Positions 6,144 to 14,524 of a stretch of DNA of 27,989 bases are shown in pieces (positions within the stretch are counted from its first letter, which is position 1; each line of letters opens with the position of its first letter). The DNA is from a virus (lineage: Duplodnaviria > Caudoviricetes): the IMG/VR virus record IMGVR_UViG_3300035212_000658, positions 1 to 27,989 of that record, one strand, 5' to 3'. The translations under genes were made by a program, and so were the position numbers. The notes under the pieces are model-generated. The model did no database searches. It had not been told where the DNA came from and saw only the letters and a program-made list of their open reading frames with translations.

Positions 6144-8342
6144 ATGAGTAAAATTAGCCTATTCAAAAAGCTACCGTTAAAAGGTCAGCCGCATATCTGC
6201 GATGAACTAATGACAATGTTTGATTTTTTTAGTGCCGTTAAGTATGGCCAATGGAAAGACCAAGTTATTGCAATTCGTGGAATTGAAGATAAAAATACTC
6301 GCGATAGGGCTAAGTTAAACCTTCCATCTGTTACCATCGCTGGCACGTTTCGAGAAAGGAAAGGCGAATTACTTATTGAGCATAGCGGTTTTTTAGCGGT
6401 GGACATCGATAAGTTTAGCGACAAAACTGAATTGCTGGCCGATGCCTATACTCATGCGTTATTCTATTCTGCAAGTGGAAAAGGTCTTGTTTGCGTAGTA
6501 AAAGTAAACCCCGAAAAGCACAAAGAAAGCTATGCGTGGTTATCTAATTACTACTTTACAACTTACGGGATTGTAGTTGATGAAGCACCTAAGAACGTAG
6601 CATCATTGCGTTTTGTTTCATACGACCCCGAAATTTTTATAAACGAAAAGAGTAAAAAGTCAGGAGTAAAAGCCGAAAGCCGCGCCAAAATTCAAAGTAT
6701 TCCAGTTGTTTGTCCTCCGTCAGTTGCTGGTGAAATGTGTCAAGAGGTCAAATCATTGGGTATTGATATTGCACCTGACTACGAAAGCTACTTGCGATTA
6801 GGGTTATCGGTTGCGGCTGGCTTTGGTGAGGACGGGCGTTCCATGTTTCATGCGTTGTGTTTTGCTTCGCCAAAATATGATTCAAGTCAGGCCGACCGCA
6901 AATATACCGAATGCCTAAAGACCGCGCCCCGTTCAAAGGTTGGTGTTGGTACGTTCTATTGGATGTTAAAGCAAGTTGGCATCCATGCCCCAAAAACCAA
7001 TAGCCGTTCGGTGCAAGTTGCCGCGATGGGTAAACGTGCTGGCCGACAAATTGAAGGGGTTGTGCAGCAACTTGTAGAAATTGACGGGCTAAGTCAGGAA
7101 CAGGCCATGTCGGTTGCCAAAGAGGTTTATAGCCGCGATGACATAGACCTTCGCAAAGTTTCGAGCGACCCCGAAAACTTAATTGAAGGGGTTATGGAAT
7201 GGATACGTCAAAACCATCCAATCCGTAAAAATGCCATCACTCAAAAGCTGGAAGAAAACGGGCAAGAGGTAAGCAAAGAAAGGCTAAACAGTATCTATTT
7301 GCGTGGCCGCCTAATGTTTAACACTAAGGATGTAACATTTGATTTAATTGAACGGGTTATATTTTCAGATTTTACGCACGAATTTAATCCCATAAACGAA
7401 TATATTGACCATAACCGATACCGAAATGGGAAAGGTCAACTGGACGCACTATGCAAAACGATTGCAACGGATAGCCCACACTCCGAAATCTTTATTCGCA
7501 AATGGTGTTTAGGATGGATTGCAGCATTAAACGGCCATCCTGTTAGGTCGGTTTTGACTTTAGTAGGTGGGCAAAATACAGGAAAGACCGAATGGTTTAG
7601 ACGGTTACCACCTTCGCCACTTCGCAAGTATTATGCAGAATCAAAGTTGGATGCTGGCAAGGATGATGATATTCTAATGTGTCAAAAGCTATGGGTTATG
7701 GATGATGAAATGGGGGGCAAGTCTAAACAGGATGAAAAGCGTTTCAAAGAACTTACATCCAAGTCGACTTTTAGCCTTCGCGCACCTTATGGCCGACATA
7801 ATGAAGATTACAAGCGTTTAGCGATACTTTGCGGAACTTCAAATGAAGAAGATGTAATTAACGACCCGACAGGAAACACGCGAATACTGCCTGTGAGGGT
7901 GCAAAGTATAAACCATGAAGCGTACAATTCAATTGATAAGGACGAACTATTTATGGAATGTGTACGTGCTTATGAAAGTGGTGAAAGCTGGCAGTTAAGT
8001 CGCGAAGAACTTGCGCTATTGGATGCGGTAGGTAGCGAATTTGAAACAACACCATACGAACGTGAATTGATTTTGTCAAACATTTCACTACCAAGAGCGG
8101 GGGCTTATACGTCTTTTTGTACGGCAACCGAAATAAAAGACCTTATCGAAAGCAGAACAAAGCAAAAGATTTTTAGCATGAAGCGGTTTGGCATGGAGTT
8201 AAAAAAGGTGTTTGGTAAGCCTGTTGCAAAGCGTATAAACGGTTTTCCATGTAAGGTTTACGAAATATTAAAGATGGATGATAATCATCCTACTACACGT
8301 GAAAGCCGTGCTACCATTGAGATTGACGATGAACCGTTCTAA
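6144..8342 (+). CDS. Primase-helicase (BT4734-like N domain, PriCT-2-like, VirE/VapE P-loop domain)
   Basis: KLNLPSVTIAGTF, HSGFLAVDID, SASGKGL, LRFVSYDP, Walker A GGQNTGKT, Walker B MDDE, RAPYGR and DPTGNTR. ATG 6144 preferred over TTG 6132. Confidence 0.9.
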   Translation: MSKISLFKKLPLKGQPHICDELMTMFDFFSAVKYGQWKDQVIAIRGIEDKNTRDRAKLNLPSVTIAGTFRERKGELLIEHSGFLAVDIDKFSDKTELLADAYTHALFYSASGKGLVCVVKVNPEKHKESYAWLSNYYFTTYGIVVDEAPKNVASLRFVSYDPEIFINEKSKKSGVKAESRAKIQSIPVVCPPSVAGEMCQEVKSLGIDIAPDYESYLRLGLSVAAGFGEDGRSMFHALCFASPKYDSSQADRKYTECLKTAPRSKVGVGTFYWMLKQVGIHAPKTNSRSVQVAAMGKRAGRQIEGVVQQLVEIDGLSQEQAMSVAKEVYSRDDIDLRKVSSDPENLIEGVMEWIRQNHPIRKNAITQKLEENGQEVSKERLNSIYLRGRLMFNTKDVTFDLIERVIFSDFTHEFNPINEYIDHNRYRNGKGQLDALCKTIATDSPHSEIFIRKWCLGWIAALNGHPVRSVLTLVGGQNTGKTEWFRRLPPSPLRKYYAESKLDAGKDDDILMCQKLWVMDDEMGGKSKQDEKRFKELTSKSTFSLRAPYGRHNEDYKRLAILCGTSNEEDVINDPTGNTRILPVRVQSINHEAYNSIDKDELFMECVRAYESGESWQLSREELALLDAVGSEFETTPYERELILSNISLPRAGAYTSFCTATEIKDLIESRTKQKIFSMKRFGMELKKVFGKPVAKRINGFPCKVYEILKMDDNHPTTRESRATIEIDDEPF

Positions 8343-8551
8343 ATGTAGTAGGAAGAAACCAATAATAAAGCGATGTTCTAGAAAAACGAAAAAAAATAAT
8401 TTCAAAAAAATAATTTCATCACTCATTATAATATATACACTTTCTTCCTACTACATCCTACTACAAGTGCTGAAAGCCACAGCCACACTAAGAAAAAGTG
8501 TAGTAGGAAGAAAAAATTTTACCCTACTACATCCTACTACATCCTACTACA
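8288..8551. repeat. Iteron array, putative replication origin
   Basis: 10-mer TCCTACTACA at 8288, 8446, 8456, 8522 (C variant), 8532 and 8542, and inverted at 8344 and 8499, around an AT-rich tract. Confidence 0.8.
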
Positions 8552-8554
8552 CGC

Positions 8555-10006
8555 ATGATAAACCTAAGACCATACCAACACGAATCAATTAAACAACTCC
8601 GCGAAGGGTTCAAGTCAGCACGTAGGCAAGTTTTATGCTTGCCAACTGGCGCGGGCAAAACGGTTGTGTTTTCCGAAATGGCTCGACTTGCTGCATCTAA
8701 GGGGACTCAAACGCTGGTCTTAACTGATAGGCTTGAACTATTTGACCAAACATTTAAGAGCCTTTCGAGGGTAGGCATAATTTGCCAACGTATCGAAGCA
8801 AAGGGTAATAAGCGATTTGATACCCGAGCGATGGTAAGCGTTGGAATGGTTGAAACCGTTAAGCGAAGATTTGCGAAAGGAATAATGGAGGGGTTTGAGC
8901 CTAAGTTAATCGTTATTGATGAAGCGCATAAGGGCAACTTTAACGCAATACTTGAAGCGTGGCCGAATGCTATGGTAATTGGTGCAACGGCAACCCCAGT
9001 AGGCAAACACTTTTACAAGTACTATTCGAGCATTGTTCAAAACATCGACATACCCGAACTAATTGAACAAGGGTTTTTGATGCCTTGCAAACCTTACCAA
9101 ATGCAAGATGATTTAAGTGACCTCAAAACAGTAGCGGGGGAATATACCGATGACAGTCTTTATAGTCACTTTAACTCACAACGTTTATTCGATGGCGTTA
9201 TTTCAGAATGGCAAAAGCTGGCCAAAGGAAAAAAGACGTTAGTGTTTAACGTTAACATCCAACACGCAAATAATATGACAAAGGCGTTTAACGATGCTGG
9301 CATATTTTCGGAGTGCGTTACAAGCGAAACATCAAAGGAAGATAGATCGCGTATTTTGAGGGCGTTTTCGATGGGGTTAATTCCTGTTCTAAACAATTGC
9401 GGAATACTTACAACGGGCTACGATGAACCAAGCATCGAATGTATAATTATGAATCGGGCAACTAAAAGCCTACCGTTGTGGCTGCAATGTTGCGGACGAG
9501 GTTCGAGGTTATGCGATGAAATTGGTAAGGAGCAGTTTATCGTTTTGGATTTTGGGCTAAACCATAACGAGCATGGAATGTGGAGCGAAGCCCGAAAGTG
9601 GCAAATTGCACCACCAAAGAAAAAAAAGAAGATGGAAGCCGCACCCGTAAAAGAATGCCCAAAGTGTAACGCCTTGGTGTTTGCATCTGCTCGAACTTGC
9701 CGCTATTGTGAACACGTTTTTCCATTTGAAGCTAAGGAATTAAGTCAGGGCAGTATGGTTGAAATCGGGGTGCGTGTTCCTGTTCAATTGGAAGGCCGAA
9801 AGATTAGCAGCCTTAGTATAGACGAATTGATTATTTTGGAACACTCAAAGGCTTACAAGGCATCGTTTATATGGCGTGTAATTAGAAGCAAGGGAAAAGA
9901 AACGATAAGAGAATACGCGGCCAAAAAAAAGCATTCAAGTGGCTGGGCATGGCGGCAAGAAAAGGACATAGATAATTCATCATTCAAAGATTACATACTA
10001 AAATGA
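8555..10006 (+). CDS. SF2 DEAH-box helicase with C-terminal zinc ribbon
   Basis: LRPYQ, PTGAGKT, DEAH, TATP, TTGYDEP, QCCGRGSR and CPKC...CRYC. Confidence 0.92.
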   Translation: MINLRPYQHESIKQLREGFKSARRQVLCLPTGAGKTVVFSEMARLAASKGTQTLVLTDRLELFDQTFKSLSRVGIICQRIEAKGNKRFDTRAMVSVGMVETVKRRFAKGIMEGFEPKLIVIDEAHKGNFNAILEAWPNAMVIGATATPVGKHFYKYYSSIVQNIDIPELIEQGFLMPCKPYQMQDDLSDLKTVAGEYTDDSLYSHFNSQRLFDGVISEWQKLAKGKKTLVFNVNIQHANNMTKAFNDAGIFSECVTSETSKEDRSRILRAFSMGLIPVLNNCGILTTGYDEPSIECIIMNRATKSLPLWLQCCGRGSRLCDEIGKEQFIVLDFGLNHNEHGMWSEARKWQIAPPKKKKKMEAAPVKECPKCNALVFASARTCRYCEHVFPFEAKELSQGSMVEIGVRVPVQLEGRKISSLSIDELIILEHSKAYKASFIWRVIRSKGKETIREYAAKKKHSSGWAWRQEKDIDNSSFKDYILK

Positions 10007-10341
10007 AAACAGAATCCTACATTCAATCGGAATGCGTACGCTGGCTATGGAACGAACGACCAGAAACAAGGGGTAAACTTTTCGAGGTCAACAATAATCC
10101 ACTAAACAAAATAGACGGGGCGCGAAGAAAAGCGATGGGTATGGTAGCTGGCGTGTCAGATTTGATTTACCTCCGTGATGGGTTGCCGCCTTTGTGCATA
10201 GAGATGAAAGATGAAACAGGCAAGCAATCACAGGCGCAAAAGGACTGGCAAGCAATAGCCGAATCAACAGGCGCAGAATACGTTATCATTCGCAGCCTTG
10301 AAGAGTTTCAAACTTTATTTTCACTTTTGTCACATTCATGA
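10003..10341 (+). CDS. VRR-NUC domain nuclease
   Basis: ESYIQ, GMVAGVSDL, IEMK..TGKQSQAQKDW and IIRSLEEF. Confidence 0.88.
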   Translation: MKTESYIQSECVRWLWNERPETRGKLFEVNNNPLNKIDGARRKAMGMVAGVSDLIYLRDGLPPLCIEMKDETGKQSQAQKDWQAIAESTGAEYVIIRSLEEFQTLFSLLSHS

Positions 10342-10363
10342 TAACTACCAACTAATTTACCCG

Positions 10364-10371
10364 TATATTTG
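10364..10371 (+). promoter_or_regulatory. -7 promoter box (TATATTTG)
   Basis: TAnnTTTG located 43 nt before ATG 10415. Confidence 0.6.
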
Positions 10372-10414
10372 TCAGGTCAAAAGGAACAAACCTAAGACGT
10401 TAAAAACCGCTAAG

Positions 10415-10678
10415 ATGAATTTACAATTTGAAATCGGAAAAACTTACAGAGGAGGAAGTGGATGTGGAGAGTGTGCAATAACAATAGTTAAAAGAACCGA
10501 GCAGACGGTTTGGGTTAAAACTTCAATGCACGAAAGCAAAGCCTGTAGAGTAAATACAAAATGGCATCACAAAGGTGCTGAAATGATTAAATACATGAGC
10601 TGGTATGCTGACCCGATTGACGAATATACAGAGGAGCAGCAGATTAAAGATTTGTATTATGCCGCCTACAATCGGTAA
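10415..10678 (+). CDS. Hypothetical protein (87 aa; start re-assigned to 10415)
   Basis: MNLQFEIGKTY...ITIVKRTEQTVWV. The longer track ORF overlaps VRR-NUC and a promoter. Confidence 0.7.
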   Translation: MNLQFEIGKTYRGGSGCGECAITIVKRTEQTVWVKTSMHESKACRVNTKWHHKGAEMIKYMSWYADPIDEYTEEQQIKDLYYAAYNR

Positions 10679-10686
10679 ATAAAACA

Positions 10687-10710
10687 GGGGAGGGTGTAAA
10701 AGCCCTTCCC
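10687..10710 (+). terminator. GC-rich hairpin GGGGAGGGT-GTAAA-AGCCCTTCCC
   Basis: Inverted repeat directly after stop 10678, with a weak T-tail. Confidence 0.5.
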
Positions 10711-10718
10711 ATTTAATT

Positions 10719-10904
10719 ATGCAAACACTCAAAGACATTACCGACCCAAAACACGGAAGCTACAAGGTTGGCGTGCCATTCCAACATGGCAACGGCAACG
10801 TGTACGAAATACACGGCTACAACATTAAACATCAATGCCATAGTCTACTGAATGTAGGCACAGGAAAATTTGAAGTAATGAATGATAACGAAATAACCAA
10901 ATGA
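10719..10904 (+). CDS. Hypothetical protein
   Basis: 61-aa ORF coupled to the next gene. Confidence 0.6.
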   Translation: MQTLKDITDPKHGSYKVGVPFQHGNGNVYEIHGYNIKHQCHSLLNVGTGKFEVMNDNEITK

Positions 10905-11323
10905 CACCATACCAACGCACAGAAATTTATAAGATACTGCAAGCCCACCACGACCTAATCGGAGTGGATAAAGTTTCCGTATCATTGCTAATGAATGCTT
11001 TTAACAACTTAACCCGATTTAGGAAGGTGGAGGATAAGGTATTTGAAGCGGTAAAGTATATCGCTGGAATAGACAAAGATGAAATTACAAGCTATCAAAA
11101 GAAAGCCGATATTATTACGGTGAAATTTATAGCCTGTTCAATCCTGCGTGACGAGGGTTATACTTTGCGAGATATTGGATGTGCTATTCATGTAACCCAT
11201 GCAACGGTAATACACGCCCTTAAACAAGACGAGTTCAGATACAAAACCTACACAGACTACCGCGAACTAAAAAATGCAATAGTTGCAAGGTATAACCAAA
11301 TAAATACTAATTTAGCCAAATGA
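10901..11323 (+). CDS. DnaA C-terminal-like (TrpR-type) HTH protein
   Basis: GYTLRDIGCAIHVTHATVIHA resembles the DnaA domain IV pattern SLxxIGxxFxxDHTTVxHA. Confidence 0.7.
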   Translation: MTPYQRTEIYKILQAHHDLIGVDKVSVSLLMNAFNNLTRFRKVEDKVFEAVKYIAGIDKDEITSYQKKADIITVKFIACSILRDEGYTLRDIGCAIHVTHATVIHALKQDEFRYKTYTDYRELKNAIVARYNQINTNLAK

Positions 11324-11535
11324 AAAGAGGACGCAAAAAATACGCCTATGCTGCAACCAAGCATGGACACCAACCAATCCAATTTGAGGGCAGTCTAAAG
11401 GACTTTGCACGTATGGTTGGAGCAACGGCACACGTAACTGCATTTAGGATCTTCCCATGTCAGGTTAACGGATGGGATTGCAGTAGAATTCAGTACGTTC
11501 AAAAGTGGGTTAAAACAGAAACCGATAACGATTAA
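11320..11535 (+). CDS. Hypothetical basic protein
   Basis: 71-aa ORF with ATGA overlap. Confidence 0.55.
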   Translation: MKRGRKKYAYAATKHGHQPIQFEGSLKDFARMVGATAHVTAFRIFPCQVNGWDCSRIQYVQKWVKTETDND

Positions 11536-11538
11536 ACC

Positions 11539-11856
11539 ATGCACCCAATAATTCTACTCATTCCAATTTCAGTAGCCGCAATTGCTTCGATTATTGCGGT
11601 AGTTCAACGGCTGGAAATTGATAGCCTTAAACGGAAACAACACCAATTGAGAAAGGCAAATGATGAATTGACCTTTACCGCAAACGTGGCTAAGTTTGGA
11701 AACAGCGAACTAAAGAAGTTACTCGAATCGTCAAACCTAGCCATCAAATCTTTGGAGTTTAAGTGCAAGGAAAGCAGACAAGACTATAAAGACCTGATTG
11801 CAATGCCAAGACGTGAACGGGATGCTTTGATTAAGGAATTGAGGGCTAAAAATTAA
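11539..11856 (+). CDS. N-terminal TM plus coiled-coil protein
   Basis: Hydrophobic first 23 aa followed by a heptad pattern. Confidence 0.6.
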   Translation: MHPIILLIPISVAAIASIIAVVQRLEIDSLKRKQHQLRKANDELTFTANVAKFGNSELKKLLESSNLAIKSLEFKCKESRQDYKDLIAMPRRERDALIKELRAKN

Positions 11857-11857
11857 G

Positions 11858-11865
11858 TACCTTTG
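11858..11865 (+). promoter_or_regulatory. -7 promoter box (TACCTTTG)
   Basis: TAnnTTTG 6 nt before ATG 11872. Confidence 0.5.
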
Positions 11866-11871
11866 TAAAAT

Positions 11872-12390
11872 ATGAAAACAGAAACTGTAAAAATATCGGA
11901 GGTTAAAAGCAACCCCAACAACCCAAGAATTATCAAAGACGATAAGTTCAAGAAGCTTGTTGAATCTGTTAAGACGTTTCCTGAAATGCTAAACATTCGC
12001 CCTATTGTAGTAAATAGCGACATGGTGGTGCTTGGTGGTAATATGCGGTTACGTGCTTGTAAAGAAGCTGGTTTGAAGGAAATACCGATAATCAAAGCCG
12101 ACACGTTAACGCCCGAACAGCAAAGCGAGTTTATCATTAAAGACAACGTAAGCGGTGGAGAATGGGATTGGGATATGCTTGCGAATGAATGGAACGCGGA
12201 GGAGTTGGATGCGTGGGGGTTGGATGTGCCTGTTTTCGCTGGCGAGGACGAGGGCAACTTTGATGATGAGGGTATAGACGGAAAAAGCCAGTACGGGGTG
12301 ATTGTAATGTGCGAAAGCGAGGGTAACCAAGAAAGCGTTTTTAGGGATTTACAGGGTATGGGTTACGAGTGTAAAGTTGTCGTTACATGA
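11872..12390 (+). CDS. ParB N-terminal (ParB/Srx) domain protein with a small C-terminal domain
   Basis: NPNNPRII...KLVESVKTFPEML..RPIVV...VLGGNMRLRAC...IIKDNV..GEWD. Confidence 0.88.
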   Translation: MKTETVKISEVKSNPNNPRIIKDDKFKKLVESVKTFPEMLNIRPIVVNSDMVVLGGNMRLRACKEAGLKEIPIIKADTLTPEQQSEFIIKDNVSGGEWDWDMLANEWNAEELDAWGLDVPVFAGEDEGNFDDEGIDGKSQYGVIVMCESEGNQESVFRDLQGMGYECKVVVT

Positions 12391-13082
12391 TAATAAAAGT
12401 TAGGAATAAAACGGGGGAGTTTACGGGCTACAGGGCATCCCGAGTAAAAAGCCTATTTAACGCGGAGAGCGGGTCGGAGTTTAACCTCGATGCTAACCTA
12501 CCAATCGAGGGAATGGATTGGCAAATAGGGCTAATTGTGGGCGCAAGCGGAAGCGGTAAAACCTCAATCGGAAAAGCACTTTTTGGGGGCGGTAAAATTG
12601 TGGACTTATACGCTGGCTGGGATAACAACATCCCGATAGTTGAGGCAATAAGCCCCGATGGGGACTTTAACTCGGTTACGGGTTGCCTTGCAAATGTCGG
12701 GCTTGGTGACGTACCGAGTTGGCTTAGGCCGTTCAGCGCGTTAAGCAACGGGCAGCAGTTTAGGGCGGGGCTTGCAAGGCTTATATCCGATGCGCCTGAT
12801 GAGGTTATCGTGGATGAGTTCACCTCCGTAATTGATAGGCAAATTGCTAAAATAGGCGCGATGGCTTTTGCTAAGGGGTGGCGAAGGAATAAAGGTAAAA
12901 AGGTCGTTTTGCTTGCGTGTCACTATGATATTATCGAATGGCTACAGCCCGATTGGGTATTTGATACGGGAACGGGCGAACTAAAAAAAGGGAACAGCTC
13001 GAGCCAAGACCAAGCTTCGAGTTGGAAATTCGGAAGGTCAACCAATCTTACTGGCGATATTTTAAGCCGCATTACTATTTAG
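12387..13082 (+). CDS. ABC-type ATPase (N-terminal part of a frameshift fusion with the GNAT)
   Basis: Walker A GASGSGKT, signature LSNGQ, Walker B VIVDEF and H-loop CHYD. No transmembrane partner. Confidence 0.88.
   Translation: MIIKVRNKTGEFTGYRASRVKSLFNAESGSEFNLDANLPIEGMDWQIGLIVGASGSGKTSIGKALFGGGKIVDLYAGWDNNIPIVEAISPDGDFNSVTGCLANVGLGDVPSWLRPFSALSNGQQFRAGLARLISDAPDEVIVDEFTSVIDRQIAKIGAMAFAKGWRRNKGKKVVLLACHYDIIEWLQPDWVFDTGTGELKKGNSSSQDQASSWKFGRSTNLTGDILSRITI
12983..13024 (+). other. Putative programmed -1 frameshift signal
   Basis: In-frame A_AAA_AAA at 12983-12989, a 5-nt spacer, then hairpin CAGCTCGAGC/GCTTCGAGTTG at 12995-13024. Confidence 0.7.
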
Positions 13083-13501
13083 ATTTACCCATGCCCCCAG
13101 CGGCAGAGTACTTTATCGGTACGGTTGACGGTGAGTTGGTTTGTCATTTAGCGGTTGGTTGTATGTTTCAAAACGATGCCTACAGGGCAACAAGATTGGT
13201 GGTTATGCCCGAATGGCAAGGCGCGGGGGTCGGAACAAGGTTTTTGGAGTACGTGGCCGAATACCATAAAAAAGGCTTAGGCCGATGCGCCAAAAAATTA
13301 CCGTGCATGTTTCATACATCGCATCCACAACTAATCGGATATTTACAAAAATCAAAAAAATGGGTACTAAAAAGCCAGCAATTACACGGTAACAAATCAA
13401 GAATTAAAATGCAAATCGGTTCGCCATCTGGGGGAACTAAAAAATTTATGGGCGGCCACTTTCGGGCGGTGCAAGGCTTCAAGTACATAGGCGATAAATG
13501 A
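12989..13501 (+). CDS. GNAT-family acyltransferase (-1 frame, open upstream of the track TTG 13022)
   Basis: RPSFELEIR..WRYFKPHYYL and TRLVVMPEWQGAGVG (GNAT motif A), plus HTSHP. Confidence 0.85.
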   Translation, partial: REQLEPRPSFELEIRKVNQSYWRYFKPHYYLDLPMPPAAEYFIGTVDGELVCHLAVGCMFQNDAYRATRLVVMPEWQGAGVGTRFLEYVAEYHKKGLGRCAKKLPCMFHTSHPQLIGYLQKSKKWVLKSQQLHGNKSRIKMQIGSPSGGTKKFMGGHFRAVQGFKYIGDK

Positions 13502-14208
13502 CGCACGAATTTTACCAAGACGAGAAAAAGCTGCGGGTTTTTATTAGCGGTCAAAAGTATTTTGGGGGGCTAATACTCCGAGAGATGCTAAAGAACCCGC
13601 TCGTTGACGTGGTAGGCGTTTGCTGCCCATTAGACGACACGCATATTGGAAAGGCCGCAGTACTTAACGGGATACCAATGGTGGCGGCTGGGTCGCTTAA
13701 CGTGGATACAATGCCCGAAAACGTGGACTTGGGTATCACCGCACATTCATTTGATTACATAGGCAAGAAAACGCGTTACAAGGCGAAACTTGGATGGATT
13801 GGATACCACCCGAGCCTATTACCAAGACATAGAGGGCGCTCGTCTATTGAGTGGGCAATAAAGATGCACGACTTTGTAACAGGCGGCACAACCTTTTGGC
13901 TTAACTCGGGTATTGATAGGGGCGACATAATTGCACAGGAGGTTGTATGGATAGACCCGAAGCTATTTAGCGTGGACGTAAAAAAGGCGGCTAAGGCGTT
14001 ATGGGAGGGCGAACTTCAAGACGTAGGCGTTAGGCTTATTAATCAAACGGTGGCCGACATAATCGCTGGGCGTGGCAAAAGAACACCCCAACAAAATAAA
14101 TTTAGTACCTTTGAGCCGAGCCTAAAAGTTAACGACATTTACCGCCCAGATGCGCTAATGATTGAACATAGGCCATCGGATAAAACAGCGAACTTACAGC
14201 GTGGCTAA
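13498..14208 (+). CDS. N10-formyl-THF-dependent formyltransferase (Fmt/PurN superfamily)
   Basis: YHPSLLPRHRGRSSIEWAI and GGTTFWLNSGIDRGDIIAQ. Lacks the Fmt C-terminal tRNA-binding domain. Confidence 0.9.
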   Translation: MTHEFYQDEKKLRVFISGQKYFGGLILREMLKNPLVDVVGVCCPLDDTHIGKAAVLNGIPMVAAGSLNVDTMPENVDLGITAHSFDYIGKKTRYKAKLGWIGYHPSLLPRHRGRSSIEWAIKMHDFVTGGTTFWLNSGIDRGDIIAQEVVWIDPKLFSVDVKKAAKALWEGELQDVGVRLINQTVADIIAGRGKRTPQQNKFSTFEPSLKVNDIYRPDALMIEHRPSDKTANLQRG

Positions 14209-14524
14209 TCCCCAAAACATAGAGAAGCATAAATTTCCAAAGGGACAGACGGGAAACCCCAACGGTCGACCTCGTAAGTTGCCCGAGTTGGACAAACTCT
14301 TGGCCGATGTATTGGGCGAAGAAAAGGACGGGATAAGCGCAGCAGAAGCGATATTAAAGGCGTTGAGATTAAAGGCCGCAAAGGGTGACGTGAGGGCTAT
14401 TGAAGTGATGTTAGACCGAGCGTATGGAAAGCCAAAGCAAACAATAAGCGCGGATGTTACGCAATCAATAACTATCCTAAACATCGACCCGTTAGATGAT
14501 TCAATCGACAACGGCACTACGTAA
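14201..14524 (+). CDS. terS: Terminase small subunit (DUF5681-like motif)
   Basis: FPKGQTGNPNGRP, AAKGDVRAI and LDRAYGKPKQ. Directly upstream of TerL. GTG 14201 is the likely start. Confidence 0.75.
   Translation: MANPQNIEKHKFPKGQTGNPNGRPRKLPELDKLLADVLGEEKDGISAAEAILKALRLKAAKGDVRAIEVMLDRAYGKPKQTISADVTQSITILNIDPLDDSIDNGTT

Noticed and set aside
8278-8592. 104-aa + strand ORF
   Set aside because: It overlaps both neighbours and translates the iteron/AT-rich origin region into low-complexity sequence.
12387-13082. ABC ATPase as a transporter subunit
   Set aside because: There is no permease or binding-protein gene, and it is linked to a GNAT.
13498-14208. True methionyl-tRNA formyltransferase (fmt) as an auxiliary metabolic gene
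   Set aside because: It is too short, lacks the C-terminal tRNA-binding domain and sits in a modification-type context, so the gene symbol was withheld.
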